The notes under the pieces: model-generated
What the model was told of the DNA's origin: nothing
Seen by the model: the letters and a program-made list of their open reading frames with translations, nothing else
Databases searched by the model: none
Shown here: one piece after another, positions 12,475 through 25,940 of the stretch
How positions within the stretch are numbered: the first letter of the stretch is position 1
How the letters are laid out: every line of letters begins with the position of its first letter
Translations under genes and position numbers: made by a program
DNA from: the human T2T-CHM13v2.0 reference genome, Homo sapiens
Strand: one strand, 5' to 3'
Length of the DNA: 64,000 nt
Assembly (NCBI RefSeq): GCF_009914755.1
Contig: NC_060929.1

Positions 12475-12910
12475 AATACTGCATGTTCTCACTTATAAGT
12501 GGGAGCTAAATGATGAGAACACATGGACACATAGAGGGGAGCAACACACACAGGGGCCTACTGGGGGTGGAAAGTGGGAAGAGGAAGATGATCAGGAAAA
12601 ATAACTCATGGGTACTAGGCTTAATACTTGGGTGATGAAATAATCTGTACAACAAACCCCCAAGACATAAGTTTACCTGTAAAACAAACCTGCACGTGTA
12701 CTTCTGAGCTTAAAAGTTAAGAGAGAGAGAGAGAGCAAGAGAAAGGAAAGAAAGGGAAGAAAGGAAGATAGAAAGAAGAGAGAGAGAACAAGAGAGAGGG
12801 ACAGAAAAAGAAAAAGAAAGACGGAAAGACAGAATGACAAAAGAAAGAAAAAGGAAACAAAAAGAAAGGAAAGAAAAGAAAGAGAGAAAGAGAGAGAAGG
12901 CAAGAAAGCT
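12475..12910 (+). mobile_element. L1PA13-16 3' end (about 245 bp) with GA-rich expanded tail
   Basis: atgttctcacttataagtgggagctaaatgatgagaacacatgg...ctgagcttaaaag, then a purine tract at 12721-12910. Confidence 0.88.
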
Positions 12911-12924
12911 AGATAGATTGATTT

Positions 12925-13691
12925 TGAGGACAAAGCTCTGATTTTTTATCTTGCCCAAATTCCTATGTAAGGGGTCTGGGGAGTCATGCCCTCCAAACCA
13001 TAAATTCTCCTCAGATGGGTTTTATTTGACCATGTATATCATGACTTACTTTCCAATATGACTGTGGCATAACAAGGAAGAAAATCAAAATGTTTTACCC
13101 CAAAATATATTTTGTTGCCATACCTTGAAATTGCCCTGCAAAGTCTCTTGTGGGAAAAACCCACATTCTATAGGAATCCCCTTTCCCCTTTGTTTTCCTT
13201 CCTTCCTTCCCAGATCCAGGAGATAATCAGCTAAGAGCCAGGTATCCTTTTAGGTCTGATAAGGAACATTTTACAACCTGCTCTTTCTCTCCGAAGTTTG
13301 CTGTCTGAGAGATTCCTCTGCACAATAAAACTTGATTTCCACAATCCTTTACCTTAACCTGAACATTCCTTTTCATTCATCCCAGGTCTTCAGATAAACT
13401 CAACCAACTGTCAACCAGAAAATGTTTAAAATTACCTATAGCCTGGAAACCCCTCTGGCCTGCTGCTTTGAGTTGCCCCGCCCTTCTGAACCAAACCAAT
13501 ATATTTCTTAAATGTATTTGATTGATGTCTCATGCCTCCCTAAAATATATAAAACCAAGCGGTACCCCAACCATCTTAGGCACATGGTCTCAGGGTCTCC
13601 TAAGGGCTGTGTCACAGGCCATGGTCACTTATATTTGGCTCAGAATAAATCTCTGCAAATATTTTACAGAGTTTGACTCTTTTCATCAACA
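12925..13691 (+). mobile_element. ERV1 solo LTR, MER4E-like
   Basis: TG...CA ends (tgaggacaaagctctgatt / gactcttttcatcaaca), AATAAA near the 3' end, 4-bp TSD ATTT (12921-12924, 13692-13695). Confidence 0.88.
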
Positions 13692-15813
13692 ATTTGTATG
13701 AACATATATTGGTGTTCATTTCCTAATTCTGTCTGCTAAAAAGTACTGAGAACAATAAAATCTGAAACCTAGTGAGCAGATCTTGGATTCTTCAGACCAT
13801 TATTCTTGGAGAAATAGCTCAGTCCAGGACAAGAACCAGAAAGTTCAACATTAGCGTGGAACATCTTCCTAAAGCAGAAGGTAAGAAATGTTCAAAAATG
13901 ATGAGGACATATCAAAAGGACATGAAGGCCAGCCTGAAGAAGCTTTCGCTGGCCAAATCTGGAACAGTTTGGGCATCAAAAAATAGTAATATTAATAGTT
14001 TGTTATCCACTGAATAAAATAAGAATCCATACTTCCATGTTTAAATAAAAAAGGAAAACTCTTCTTACAGTGGGTGAAAGATTATAGGGAAGAGGATAGA
14101 TATTTACATCATCTTGAAAGATCTCACAATACATTTTTCACTAATTGTACAGGGTTAATGGTAATTTTACTGTTAAGAAAAATAAAAGAAAAACCTAGTG
14201 AGAACTACCTTAACCAAAGAAATGAAGTAATACTGCCAATAATGGTACCAGCCAATATCATATGCCTCCTGATACAATGCAACAAGGAGGCTCATCACTG
14301 AGGTGATATTCCTGCCAAAAAGCATAATATGAATCTAATAATGAGAAAATATTGGACAATCCGATTGATAGAGCAAAACAAGTAAACTGATTGAAAAATA
14401 AACTAGCCTATGTTCTTTAAAAAGGTTAGAAAAGAAAGCCTTAAGAAATAGTCTACATTACAGGAGACAAAGTAACAACTAAATGCAAGTCATCTTTCTA
14501 GATTAGACTCTGGACCAGGAGAAAAACAACTCTAGGGGACATTACAGGGACAATTGGCAAAATTTGAATTTGTAGATTAGGCAATAGTTTTGTATCAATC
14601 TTAAATTTTCTTATTCTGCTAACTATATTGCGATTAAAAAAGACAAGTCTTTGTTCTTATGCAATACACATTCAAGAATTTGTCATAAAGGAGCATAATG
14701 TCTTCAACTTATCCTCAAATGGTTCAGGAAATGGAGGGGTGGGGGACATAGAGAGGGAACAAGAGAAACTGATAAAGGAATATGGAAAAATGTTAACCAT
14801 CAGTGAATTTAGGTGAAAGGTATACAAAAATTCTTTATATTTTTCCTACCACTTTCCTGCAAGTTTGAAATTATATCAAAAGTTACAAAGAAACTAAAGG
14901 ACCATCAATAGGGGACAGATTTTTAAAAAGCAGTTCTTATCAAAAGTACAAAGAATGAAATAGATCTATACACAGTCATGGAAAGCTCTCCAACGAATAC
15001 TATTAAAGTTTTCTTTTATAAATAGTTGGAAAATAAATAATTAGCCCACATATCTAAAGCATAAACCTGTACATGTCTTTGCATGCATATTCATATGCAC
15101 AAATTCATGGAAAACTTATGACAGAGGATATTAAAAAATATAATGTCAGTTACCTCTGGAAAGAAGTGAAAATGTCAGACTGGTCAAAGAAGATCTTTAC
15201 TTTCATTTGAGTTTTCAGAGAACATTTGTTCAGATATTACTGACATTAATGAAAACAAAGTAAACAGAAAAACTTTTTAAAGCACACTAGAAGGTAAATA
15301 ACTTAGGCAACAGTAGAAAATAGGAAGGAAGGGATTCAAAAACACTAAGGAAGGAATTAGCCTTGAATAAAGAGATTATGTTTTTTTGCAACATCCAGGA
15401 AAGGAAGGTTGTAAAGCTAGATGCAGGTATAGATTTATTTGGAGGTGCAGGTGGGAGAAGGTGTTTCACATCTGATGGTCTCTGTTTTCCATGAGATAGG
15501 ATGCAAGGTTAACCACTAAGTTAAAGAGGAAGTTTTCAGAGTGAGTTTAGCCTGAGGAATGAAAACTAATGGGAGACATGATAGTTGTCTTCATATACTT
15601 GCAAGACTCTTATGCAGGGAAGAATAGATTCATTCTATGTAGACAAGAACCATCAGGAGTAAGACCTAAAAAGGTAGATTTTTAATTCAAAATCATGGTT
15701 TTCCAACATGGAATGGGCTGCCTTTACATATAATAAGCCTGCTGACATTAGAATTGTTTAGACAGAGGTTGAAAATATTAACAATTGTATTCTTTGCATA
15801 TCAACACATGTCA

Positions 15814-16098
15814 GGCCAGGCACGGGGGCTCACACTTGTGATCCCAGCACTTTGGAACCCTGAGGCAGGAGCATCACTTGAGGCCAGGAGTTCGAGACCA
15901 GCCTGGCCAACATGGTGAAACCCTGTGACTACTAAAAATAAAAAAAAATTAGCCAGGCATGGTGGTGCACACAAGGTTGAGGCACAAGAATCGCTTGAAC
16001 CTGGGAGATGGAGGTTGCAGTGAGCCGATTTCATGCCACTGCACTCCAGCCTGGGCGATAGAGCAAGACCGTACCTTAAAAAAAAAAAAAAAAAAAAA
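15814..16098 (+). mobile_element. Alu, AluSz-like, small deletion in right arm
   Basis: Dimer with poly(A); the ctgtaatcccagctactcgg segment is missing near 15972; degenerate TSD aacacatgtca / aagacatctca. Confidence 0.9.
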
Positions 16099-16536
16099 GA
16101 CATCTCAAGTCTCTGCCTCTTGCCTAGGCTCCAACCACTCTGAATCATTCTGTGATGGAGTTTCTGTAGAACTCTCCTGTTGCCAAATTGTTTGACTCTA
16201 CAACATCTCTTAAAAATTATTATAAACTATTTCTCATAATACTGATATATCTAAACATAATACACTCACCCACCTACCACCCAGCTTGATAAATAAAACT
16301 TTATAACTACATAAGAAATCCCTTGTAATCCTAGGATATTGCATTTCCTTTTCACTCCATTCCCTCTCCTCCCTATCATTATCCTGAACTTAGTATTTCT
16401 CTTTCTCATGCTTTTCTTTATACTTTTTATAACATGTATCCTCTGTTTTTATATATGTCTAAATTTTATGTAATGTTTCACTATATGTATTTTCTGATAA
16501 TTCCCTTTTGGTCGCAAAATTATGAGATTCATTTGG

Positions 16537-16558
16537 GTGTGTGTGTGTGTGTGTGTGT
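16537..16558. repeat. (TG)n microsatellite
   Basis: Direct observation of about 11 units. Confidence 0.9.
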
Positions 16559-16931
16559 AGCTGGATAGTTTATTGTAGTATATTCATTTTGCTGATGGGC
16601 ATTTAAGTCAGTTTTGATATTTCCATGGTTATACACAGTACTGATATGAAAGTTCTTGCACACATCTTCTTGTGCATCTTCTTGTGTTGAGTGTTGCTAG
16701 GGCAGAGCTCACCAAACAACAGTATACAGGTTCCTTTTTGCCATGATTGGCTTATTGTTGAGCTGAGGCGGTAACACCTCTTCAGCTTTAAGTTGGCCAA
16801 CTGGAGTCTAGGAGTTCATAGAGTTATCTACAGACACAAAGAGTATCTTCCATTAACTCTAGTATGTCATAAACTATTAACATTCCCTCTCTCTCTCAAG
16901 TCACACAAGAATGTTGAGAACAGTTCTAGAA

Positions 16932-17144
16932 CTATGCTTCTAAAACTATCAGGAAGATCAGATTTTTATTTCCAATTGATCCTAGACTGATATTTTTGTA
17001 TAATACAAAATAGATGACATAGCAATATCAAATTATTATCAAAGTTTTAGCCTACTCTCAATATTGCGGCTCATTTCCTCATGGACTGGTCACAGCAGTT
17101 CATAGAATGAAGCTTGCCTGAGGACCACACTTTGAGTAGCACTA
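16932..17144. mobile_element. Old hAT-Charlie MITE (MER119-like)
   Basis: End ggaccacactttgagtagcact, start tatgcttctaaaact, flanks ttctagaa / ttctatat. Confidence 0.5.
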
Positions 17145-19624
17145 TTCTATATACCTGGGAGTGGAGTTGCTGTGCAGTTAAATTTGCACATCTTGAAATT
17201 TACTAAATTGGTCGAATTGTTCTTCAAAACAATAGAACCTATTTACAACCTACCAACTAGGGAAAATTGTTTATACTGTGTCATATAGTTGTCAACTATT
17301 AGTATGAACACAATTTTTAACTTTCGCTGTCTCATAGCTGTGAAGTTGTATCACCTAGTGATTTTGAGTTGTAAAAACTTCTCATGTTTATTGGACATGT
17401 GGGTTTCTTCTTCAGTTAATTATCTATTCATTTCTTTGCCCATTTTGTCCCTACTGGGTGGCATTTTATTTACTAATTTTTTAGGCTTTCTTCACATGTT
17501 ATGAAACATTATTTGTATAAATTTGGTTATGATATTGTAAATATTTATTGATAATTTTAATTTGTTAATAGTTTATTTAGGAGTTTTGCTTTGGTGTTCA
17601 TACATGACAATGGCCTAAAATTTTAATTTGTTATATTGTACTAGCATCATAAAAGTACCTATTGAGTGCTACAGTGGTCCTTTTTATCATAATTTAGGAT
17701 TTTCTCTTTCTAGATTTACAAAATTGGAATTAACTATCACTTGAGAGTTTGCTTGAACTTGTCTGGAAAATCACCTGGCCTATAGTTTTCCATGGAAAGC
17801 TATTTAACCACTCACTCACTCACTGATTTAAAACAATTATGAGTTTATTGAAGAGGTCACTTTGCTGAGTCACTTAAAATCTTTTATTTTCTAAGAACAA
17901 TTCTATTCTGTTTTCAGTTCTATTGGAGTAAAGTTACTCAGGTTATCTTTTATTATAGTTTTAAAAACCTACTACACCCATTGTTATGACTTTCATTTAA
18001 ATTTCTACAATTACTTATTTGTACTTTCTCTGTATTTTTTACGTTGGTAACAATTCCCAAAAGTTTATCTGTATTATTAGTCTTTCAAAGACCCAACTTT
18101 TTGCCTTACTCATCTTCTTTGTTCCTGTTTAAAATTTTACTAAATAATCCTCTTAGCTATTTCATTTTTTCCCTTAAACTTTATTTGGGCTTATTCTTTT
18201 CTAATATATATACTTCTTCTTTTATTCATATTTCCTTTCATTCTCAGTTTTCGGTGTTTAACAGTATTCGTTTTCAAACTTTTTAAATTGGGCACTTAGC
18301 TCAATTTTTAACTTAAACTTTCCCTTTTGTGAACTAAGTAAATACCTGTAAGCATTTTAAACATGCTTTCTGAAGTTCCATATGTTTGTATATGAACTAT
18401 ATATATATACATATATATATATATATGCATCATTGTGCACAAATTATTATACAGCCCAACACACTTTACCAGGACCCCAGATGCTCCTATCATGACCTCT
18501 TCAGACATTTACCTCCCCTCCCCAAAGACAACCATTATTCTGACTGCTAACAACAAATACAGAGATTACTTAAGCTTATTTTGAACTTTATATATGTAAG
18601 ATTATATTCTATGTGTTTGTGTATTGCATTTTGCATACCACATTATGTCTGTGAGATTCATCTATGTTAAACTAGTTACAGTGACTTTTTTCATTTCTAT
18701 TACTGTATTTTCACTGTATACTTACAACACATTACTTATATTTTCTACCATTAATATTCATTTTTGTTGTTTTTAATTTTGACTAACAAGAATAATATTA
18801 CCATGAATATGCTTATACATATATTTTAGGAGATATATTTATGCCTATTAGATATATACACAGGAGTGAAATTGATGAGGCATAGGGCATGTGAGTATAC
18901 TCAACTTTGGTAGTTAATTATTGCCAGTTTTCCAAAGTGGTTGTACTTATTTGTATTCCTACATCCAATATCTGAGAGTTTCAATTGCTCTGCATCATCA
19001 GCAATACTTAATGTTGTTGGTCTTTTTAATATTAGCCATCCTGGTCAATGTTTAGTAGTATCTCAATGTAGTTTTAATTTACATTTATCTGATCAATAGT
19101 GAAGTGAAACACCTTTTCATATACATATTGCTCATTTTCTTTATGATTTGTAAGAGTCCTTTTATACATACTGGATAAGAGTCTGTGCCTTTTGGCTTAT
19201 ATTGTTATAATTGGAATGGAACTTTTTATTGGTTTTCTTAAAATATATACATTTTTTCCTTTCTTATTGTGAATTCTGATTGTATGATGATCTGTAACTT
19301 CATTATGATTTGTCCAGATATTTATCTTTCTTGAGACTTACCATGCTTCCTGAATTTAAGAAATTATACATTTCATAATTGTGAAAAATTATGTTTTATT
19401 TTTGAATATAGTTTTTCCTACATCTCTCCAGTCTCTTTTACTGGAATTATAATTATTTCTACATTAGAAATCCTCATTCTATACTCCATGTCCCCTACCC
19501 TCACTTTATTACTGTGCATAGCATTCTGGGCATTCTCTTTGGATCCATAGTCTAGTTCATTAATTTTCTCAGCTTCTACTCTATGTTTTAGATAACATCT
19601 TTCTCTTTTCTTCATTAATATTAA

Positions 19625-19790
19625 TCTTCCTGCACTTCTTGAACCTCACTGACCCTTTTTTGACCTCAGAGTCTTTACATAAGTTGTTGCTTTTTGCTTG
19701 AAAGCTCTGTCTACCGGACATAGAACACAGGTCTGGGTACGGCTAACTCCTTATCATTTAGGCCTCGATTTAAGTGCAACCTCCTTAGAA
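19625..19790 (+). mobile_element. L2 fragment
   Basis: gacctcagagtctttacataagttgttgct...ggctaactcctt...aacctccttaga resembles the L2 3' region. Confidence 0.55.
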
Positions 19791-19794
19791 TTGA

Positions 19795-21640
19795 CCAACA
19801 ATGATAATACAACATCAAAACTGTGGTATGCAGTGAACGCCATGCTTAGAGGGAAACGTATAACTTTAAATACATATATAAGAAAGGCTGCATATCATAA
19901 AAAATGAAAAAGAAAACAAAGTATAGAGGATCATCAGGGAGAAAAGTTGGTTCTTTGAACAGATTTATAAAATTAATAAACATTTGGCAGGTGTGCTGAA
20001 GATCAAAACCAAACCATACCAAACGGACAATGTAATGAATGATAAAAGAGACATCACACGTGATACCACAGACATTAAAAGATACTAAGGGAATATTATG
20101 AACAATTTATAAGCAATCAATTTAAAAATTTAGATAAAACAGATAATTTCCTAGAAAAATATAGCTTACTAAGACAGACAAAAGTAGAAAGAAAAGATGA
20201 AGAGTTCTATATTACTAAATGAATTTATAATCAGAAACCTCACCATAGAAACTTCCTACATCAGATATACTTATCAATAAATTCCACCAAACATTTAAAT
20301 AGGTAGTAACAAAAACAGAAATAGAAAAAAGCTTCTCAATTCATTCTATGAGGATGCCAAAATCTCCATAAAAAAACCTGAAAAGCATTATCATAAGGAA
20401 AAAATATTATGAGCCGTTCTTCCTACATTTTGCAAATGTAAAATTAAGGAACAATACATTGGTACAAAAAAATCTGTGTATATATGTATGTACATATGTA
20501 TGCATGTATGTATCCATACATTTATCTGGGTTTATTCAAGAACTGCAACACTGGTTTATCATTCAACATTCAATCAAAATAATTTGAAATTCAATCAAAG
20601 TAATTAACCAGATTAATAGAATAAAAAATATATAACTTCAACAGACTCATAAAAAACATTTGATAAATTAAATACCAATTCATTAGAGTAACTTTGGCAA
20701 ACTAGAAAGAAAAAGGTACCTTCTTAATCCAATAAAAGAAATGTACAGAAAACCTACAGTAGAAATCTTATTTAACAGTAAAATATTGAAAGTTCACCCT
20801 AAGATCTTGAGGAGAACAACATTTTTCTAGAAGTTCTAGATCGAACAATAGAGAAAAATGAAATTAATTATAAGGAATAAAAAGGAAGAAATAATATTGT
20901 CAACACAGTATTTCTGTAATAACATAATTGTAATACAATTTAATCATGTACACAGATATTTCAAAACAGTTTACAAATCAATCATAAAATTAAGAGAGGT
21001 GCAAGTTTGAGGGGTAAAAGATAATACAGAAAAATCAATTGTATTCTATATATCAGCAAAAATAATTATAAATTAAAAATGTTTAAAAGATATAATTTAC
21101 AATAGCATAAAAAATCAAATATCTAGGAGTAAATTTAATAGAAGATATAAAAGACTCTTACAGAGAAATTTATTATAAAGATATTTTAAAAGACCAAAAC
21201 AAAGGGATATATTATATTCATAGATCAGATGATTCCATAATGTAAAGATGTCATTTCTCATCTATTTGATCTATAAAGTCAGTATAATCCCTTTCAATCT
21301 TCCAGCAGATCTTTCGGGGACATTGAAAAGATAGCTTAAACATTTTTAAAGAACTGCAAAAGGCCAAGAATGCCAAGACGATTTTAAAGGAAAAAATGTT
21401 AAGATATTTCACTTTCTGATCTCAAAACTTATTACAAAGGTAGAATGAGTAACAACAGCGTGACACTGCCAAAGGTATAGAAACCAAAGGAACAGAAGAG
21501 AGAGGCCTGAAGCAGATACTTATTTTTGGACATTTGCTTTATAACACATGTAGCCTTGAGGAGAAGTAGGGAAAATGAATACTTTTTCAATAGATGGTAT
21601 TGTATCAACAGTCAGCTGGACTTCCATACGAAGTGGGGAA
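19795..21640 (+). mobile_element. Ancient L1M ORF2 remnant
   Basis: Colinear degenerate ORF2 motifs (LWYAVNAMLRGK in ORF 19698-19907; atcaaatatctaggagtaaatttaa). Confidence 0.8.
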
Positions 21641-22247
21641 CGGGCAAAAAGGAAAAAAACACTGGTCCTAGTTTTATTGAACTCTATTTATGTCCTCTGT
21701 TCTGCACGTTTACTTGGACCAATTACAATAAGATTTTGTTCAAGTCCCCTGCAAGATCTGTGGGAGAAAAACTAGATGGAAACCAAGAAAGGTTAGACAT
21801 AAAGGTTACTGCAGAGGGCCATAGAGGGACTTGTAATCTGTGTTACTGCAGACTAAGACGCAGGGAGAAGGTAATGGTACCCTTAGATAGACTTGGAGTT
21901 AGAACAGAATACACTTGTGTCCCAATCCTCAGGAAGAACTCAGGGAGATGGCTCACATCTGTCATAGTGCAGAAGCAGACACAATGTTTGCATGTTATGT
22001 CTAAGCAGATGGAAAGACACAACCTTACAGTGTTCTTCACACCATCATTTGGCAATGAAGTTGCATGATGATCTATGTGCCAGACACAAGCAAAACTTTC
22101 CAAAGCCAAATTCATGAAGAAGCAGTAGAATGTTTCCCATGTGAAGGAGATAATGACATGGTACAGAAAGTTTGGAGGCCTGAGGTCCTGAGGCTATAAA
22201 CTATGGAGGACGCAAGTACCTGATATGGAAAAATGAAAAGCCAGACA

Positions 22248-22977
22248 GGCCGGACTCAGTGGCTCATGCCTGTAATCCCAGCACTTTGGGAGGCCGAGGA
22301 GGGTGAATCACCAGAGGTCAGGAGTTCGAGACCTGCCGAGTCTGTCCTGCAGACTCTGGCTGAGCAACAGATGAAAGAAGTATGCAGACACAGGTATTTT
22401 ACCTGACAGCATGGCTAGGGAACTGCACCACTTAGCACCAACAACAAGAGTGCAGCCCCGATAAGCCGGAGACACTCATATTTATTTTGGTACTGATTTA
22501 ATGGCAAAGGCTCAGAGCAAACACAATTTGTGGGTAATTAACACTGTCAACCCCACCCACCCTCCCCCAGTAGAGAGCAGTCCTGCACACAAATGATTGA
22601 AGGTAGGTTTCTGGAGACTTAAGTAAACAAATTTATCTACATAAGTTCCTTTACATTCCCTTGTTATCTACCCTTTGCTCTGAAGAGAATTTAGCTGAAG
22701 GCAGCTAAATTAGCTGGTCCTTCCCAGAAGGTTTGCATCTTTCCCTATAATTTTTCCCACCATCCTGACCAATCTCCTACAGAGACCAGCCTGGCCAACC
22801 TGGTGAAATCCCATCTCTACTAAAAATACAAAAAATTAGCCAGGAGAGGTGGTAGATGCCTGTAATCCCAGCTACTTGGGAGGCTGAGGCAGGAGAACTG
22901 TTTGATCCCGGGAAGTGGAGTGGGCTGAGATCACACCATTGTACTCCAGCCTGGCAACAAGAGCGAAACTCCATCTC

Positions 22978-23008
<31 letters not shown>

Positions 23009-23013
23009 GAAAA
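22248..23013 (+). mobile_element. AluS (Sq-like) split by an LTR; (GAAAA)n tail
   Basis: Alu 5' part 22248-22333 resumes at 22782; TSD gaaaa(g/c)ccagaca at 22235-22247 and 23014-23026. Confidence 0.92.
22334..22781 (-). mobile_element. LTR3-family solo LTR (HERV-K HML-6)
   Basis: Minus strand starts tgtaggagattggtcaggatggtgggaaaaattataggg and ends in CA; 448 bp; perfect 6-bp TSD GAGACC. Confidence 0.85.
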
Positions 23014-23259
23014 GAAAACCCAGACAAAAATGTGGCCAGTTCAACAGGTTCCAGTTTAGATCATTACTCCAAGAAGCAAACGCACATGCCGGAGGACTTA
23101 TCCCTGAAGGCCCCTGAAACTAAAACATGACTCTGGTTGAATCCTAAGATACGTCAAACTGACTGAGATTATATTTCTGCAGGCTGAATTTTGTACTCAC
23201 CACATGAGTTTGTCCGAATCTGGAAAACAACCCTAAAAATGGGAACTGCCAAATAATTT

Positions 23260-24060
23260 CAGGGCCCACTTTTACATTTGAGTTTGCAACTATATTGTGT
23301 CCGAAAAGTGCAAAAGATGCTGTATAAAAGAATGTTTGTAATAGTTAGAGCAGAATAGAATTTACATGGTCAGCAAAAGCATAAATACAGCAAAAACAAT
23401 TTTAAAAGATATTAAGTGCAGTTATTATTTGCAAATTATCTTTCCTGAGGACTAGTTCATTAGCAGTAATAATAGTAAATTAGTAATGAGGAATTTTGTT
23501 TTTTTTTCTTATTCCAGAAATGATTGGATTAGAAATAAAAGTCAATTTCAATATCACTGCAATATTAATCTGATGTTCAATGAACGAAATAGTTCTGCAG
23601 TTATTCAGAACACTAATAAAACTGATACATCATGTTTTCTTATTGCCAGAGTATGTTATAGTGTGTTATAATTTTCCTGAACTGCCAACTAGTTGAAAAT
23701 TTTAATATCTTAGTAACATAATTTTATGAATAGGCTAAAGTATAACTGAATTATTACATCTGTGTGAGTTTTTCCAAAGTAAAAACAAAAAGCCAAATAA
23801 ACAGACACAAATGTGTGGCCACAAAATTTTGCTATTAAATCTAACACCATTGTTGCAATTTCAGTATCATTTGTCATGTTTCCTTAATGCTTATAATTTG
23901 AGTTTTCCTGGCTTTATAGTTTTACTTATTTTGCAAATTTGCCCTAGATTTATATTTGTCAAAGAACTATAAAGAACTTATCTCTAGTTTTATGTTCATA
24001 CACATTTAGGTAACATTAAAAGGATAATAATTACTTCAATACTGATGGTAATTTAAAAAT
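23260..24060 (+). mobile_element. Probable ancient hAT transposase remnant
   Basis: Degenerate YNFPEL near 23667 and SFSKVK near 23768 resemble the hAT dimerization domain (FPxL...ERSFSKLK); very AT-rich and frameshifted. Confidence 0.35.
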
Positions 24061-24239
24061 TCAGTCCTTACTCAAATTTGAGAAATACTGCAGTAAACCA
24101 TTAGCATCTCACAAATCTTATCCTAGAGCACTTCTGGCTTGGATCATAAAGAGACATCACTATTGTAACACAAAAATAATTTATTATTTAAATCAAATGC
24201 TTCGGTTTTATTTACAAACTGGTCCATCTTCATGGCAAA

Positions 24240-24440
24240 TGTTCATTTAACTCTGTGACATAACATATATCATTTAATCCAAGAGCTAAGCCTAAGATAT
24301 AGACATTCTCTCCCTCTTACAGATTAGAAAAGACATTTAGGAGGGCTAATGCCCATGGTCCTTTTTTGGTAAGTGACCCAGGCACGATCAAATCCAGTCA
24401 ATTCTAAAGCCCATTCATTCAATAGCCATGCTGTATTTTC
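24240..24440 (-). mobile_element. MIR fragment
   Basis: atcatttaatcc...cttacagattagaaaa...gcccatggtc...ttctaaagcccat. Confidence 0.55.
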
Positions 24441-25589
24441 TCGACTCTTAAACTTTCATATAAATTATTTACTCATTCTTGCTTCTTCTCTCACCCGTGC
24501 CGAATTGACCAACCAAACAAGCAACTGTTATCTAACTTTGATATTTCTTCAGTGAGATGGTTCCTATTAGTGCCTGCTTCATTTTCCCATAGCCTCCAAC
24601 CTGCCTAACTCAGGCCATGACATTTTCCCAGCCTACTGTAAGTCTCCTCAATATTCTGCATATCCCAGTATCTTCTCATCTGAGACACCTTGGTTCAAGC
24701 CCCAGACTCTGCAGGTTGAGTGTGTTGCAGGATGCACCTTGAAAACCTGCCCATAGAATCAACCACAAATTTTTGGCATAGCTCAAAATGTTCCTGGTAC
24801 TTTACCACTTGGTGTGTCCTAGTGTTAAACCTATAGTTTTCCAGTTTGATGCATTTTCCCATTGGGTAACTTCAGGTCCTAAACCATTTCCTTCAGGGAT
24901 CCTTCCCCAGCTTCCTAGTCCTCTCTGGAGGATCTGTATATGTGAGAGTCTTGTGCCAACTGCTGTTTGCCTTGATGCCACCACTACTTTGCTTTCCTCT
25001 TCAACCACATAAAGTATGACTGATATTTTTCTTAGATTATTGTGGGTTGTTTTATAACAGTTGCCCTCTTTACCACTAACAGGAGCTATTGAAGTGACTA
25101 GGAAATACCAACCTCTACACTATTATTCTCCTAGAGGAGTCACTTTTTAGGGTTTTGTAGGTTAAAAGTTTGGCAATCCTCTCCTTTCCACAGATACAAA
25201 GCTTTGAGGTCTCAGATGTGTCACTCCAATCTGACTCTTAGGCCCTTATACTGAGTCTAATGCCTCATGCCTAATTTCTTACTGTTTGGAAGTTTTTCTT
25301 CCAGAGGCTCTGCAGTTTATTTTTACAATTTAGTTTCTTTATGGCCTCTCCAACCCCTTTACTAGGCACATTTACATAGGTCAACCCTCGGTATACACAG
25401 TACACTTTCCCACAAAATTCCTTTCCCACAAAGCTCTTAAATCCTCAGGCAAATCAGCAGATTCTGGGGTGTGTATTGGCTAACAAAACACACCCTAAAT
25501 GCATCTAAGTCTCCACTCCAGTCCAGATAGGACCATGCTTATATGCTAGTTAAGGCCTGCCATGACTTCACCCCAAATATTGTCCTTCA

Positions 25590-25940
25590 TGTTGTTTCCT
25601 TTGCTTTCACTTAACGTATTCCCTGGGATTCCCTTTTTCTTCCCTAATCACGTTGTTAGAATCCTACCTGTCCTCTGGGGCTCAGCTCAAATGCAAATTC
25701 CGACGTAGCCTTCCCCACTAATCTCAGCTGAAAATGAAGGCTTCTTTCTCTGGGCTCTCGGACTGCTTCCATGGCTCTCACCTTGGGGCTTAACATACCT
25801 TGCCTTCTGCTTCAGGTGACAATGGACAAGACCTCTTCTTCATAAACAGAGAAGAGTGTTGTGTTTTTCTGGGCATTGCTCAAAAATTCAAAGCATATTG
25901 AATTATACATGTTATATGCCCATTAGTATTTATTAATTGA
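25590..25940 (+). mobile_element. L2 3' fragment
   Basis: aatcctacctgtcctctggggctcagctcaaatgc...gccttcccc motif. Confidence 0.55.

Larger units (their letters stand above)
10160..14890 (+). mobile_element. Old L1MC-like element (ORF2 3' part and long 3'UTR) interrupted by younger inserts
   Basis: Degenerate ORF2 (aaatacttaggaataaacttaacaaga) and L1MC3/4-type 3'UTR (ggccaaatctggaacagtttgggcatcaaa). Confidence 0.7.
16230..19620 (-). mobile_element. Cluster of ancient L1ME/HAL1-like fragments
   Basis: T-rich strand with L1ME 3'-like motifs; ORF 19418-19615 resembles degenerate ORF1p (AEKINELD...DMEYRMRISNV). Confidence 0.6.

Noticed and set aside
12673-12958. Hydrophobic S/L/F-rich ORFs that look like membrane proteins
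   Set aside because: Antisense translation of a GA-rich low-complexity tail.
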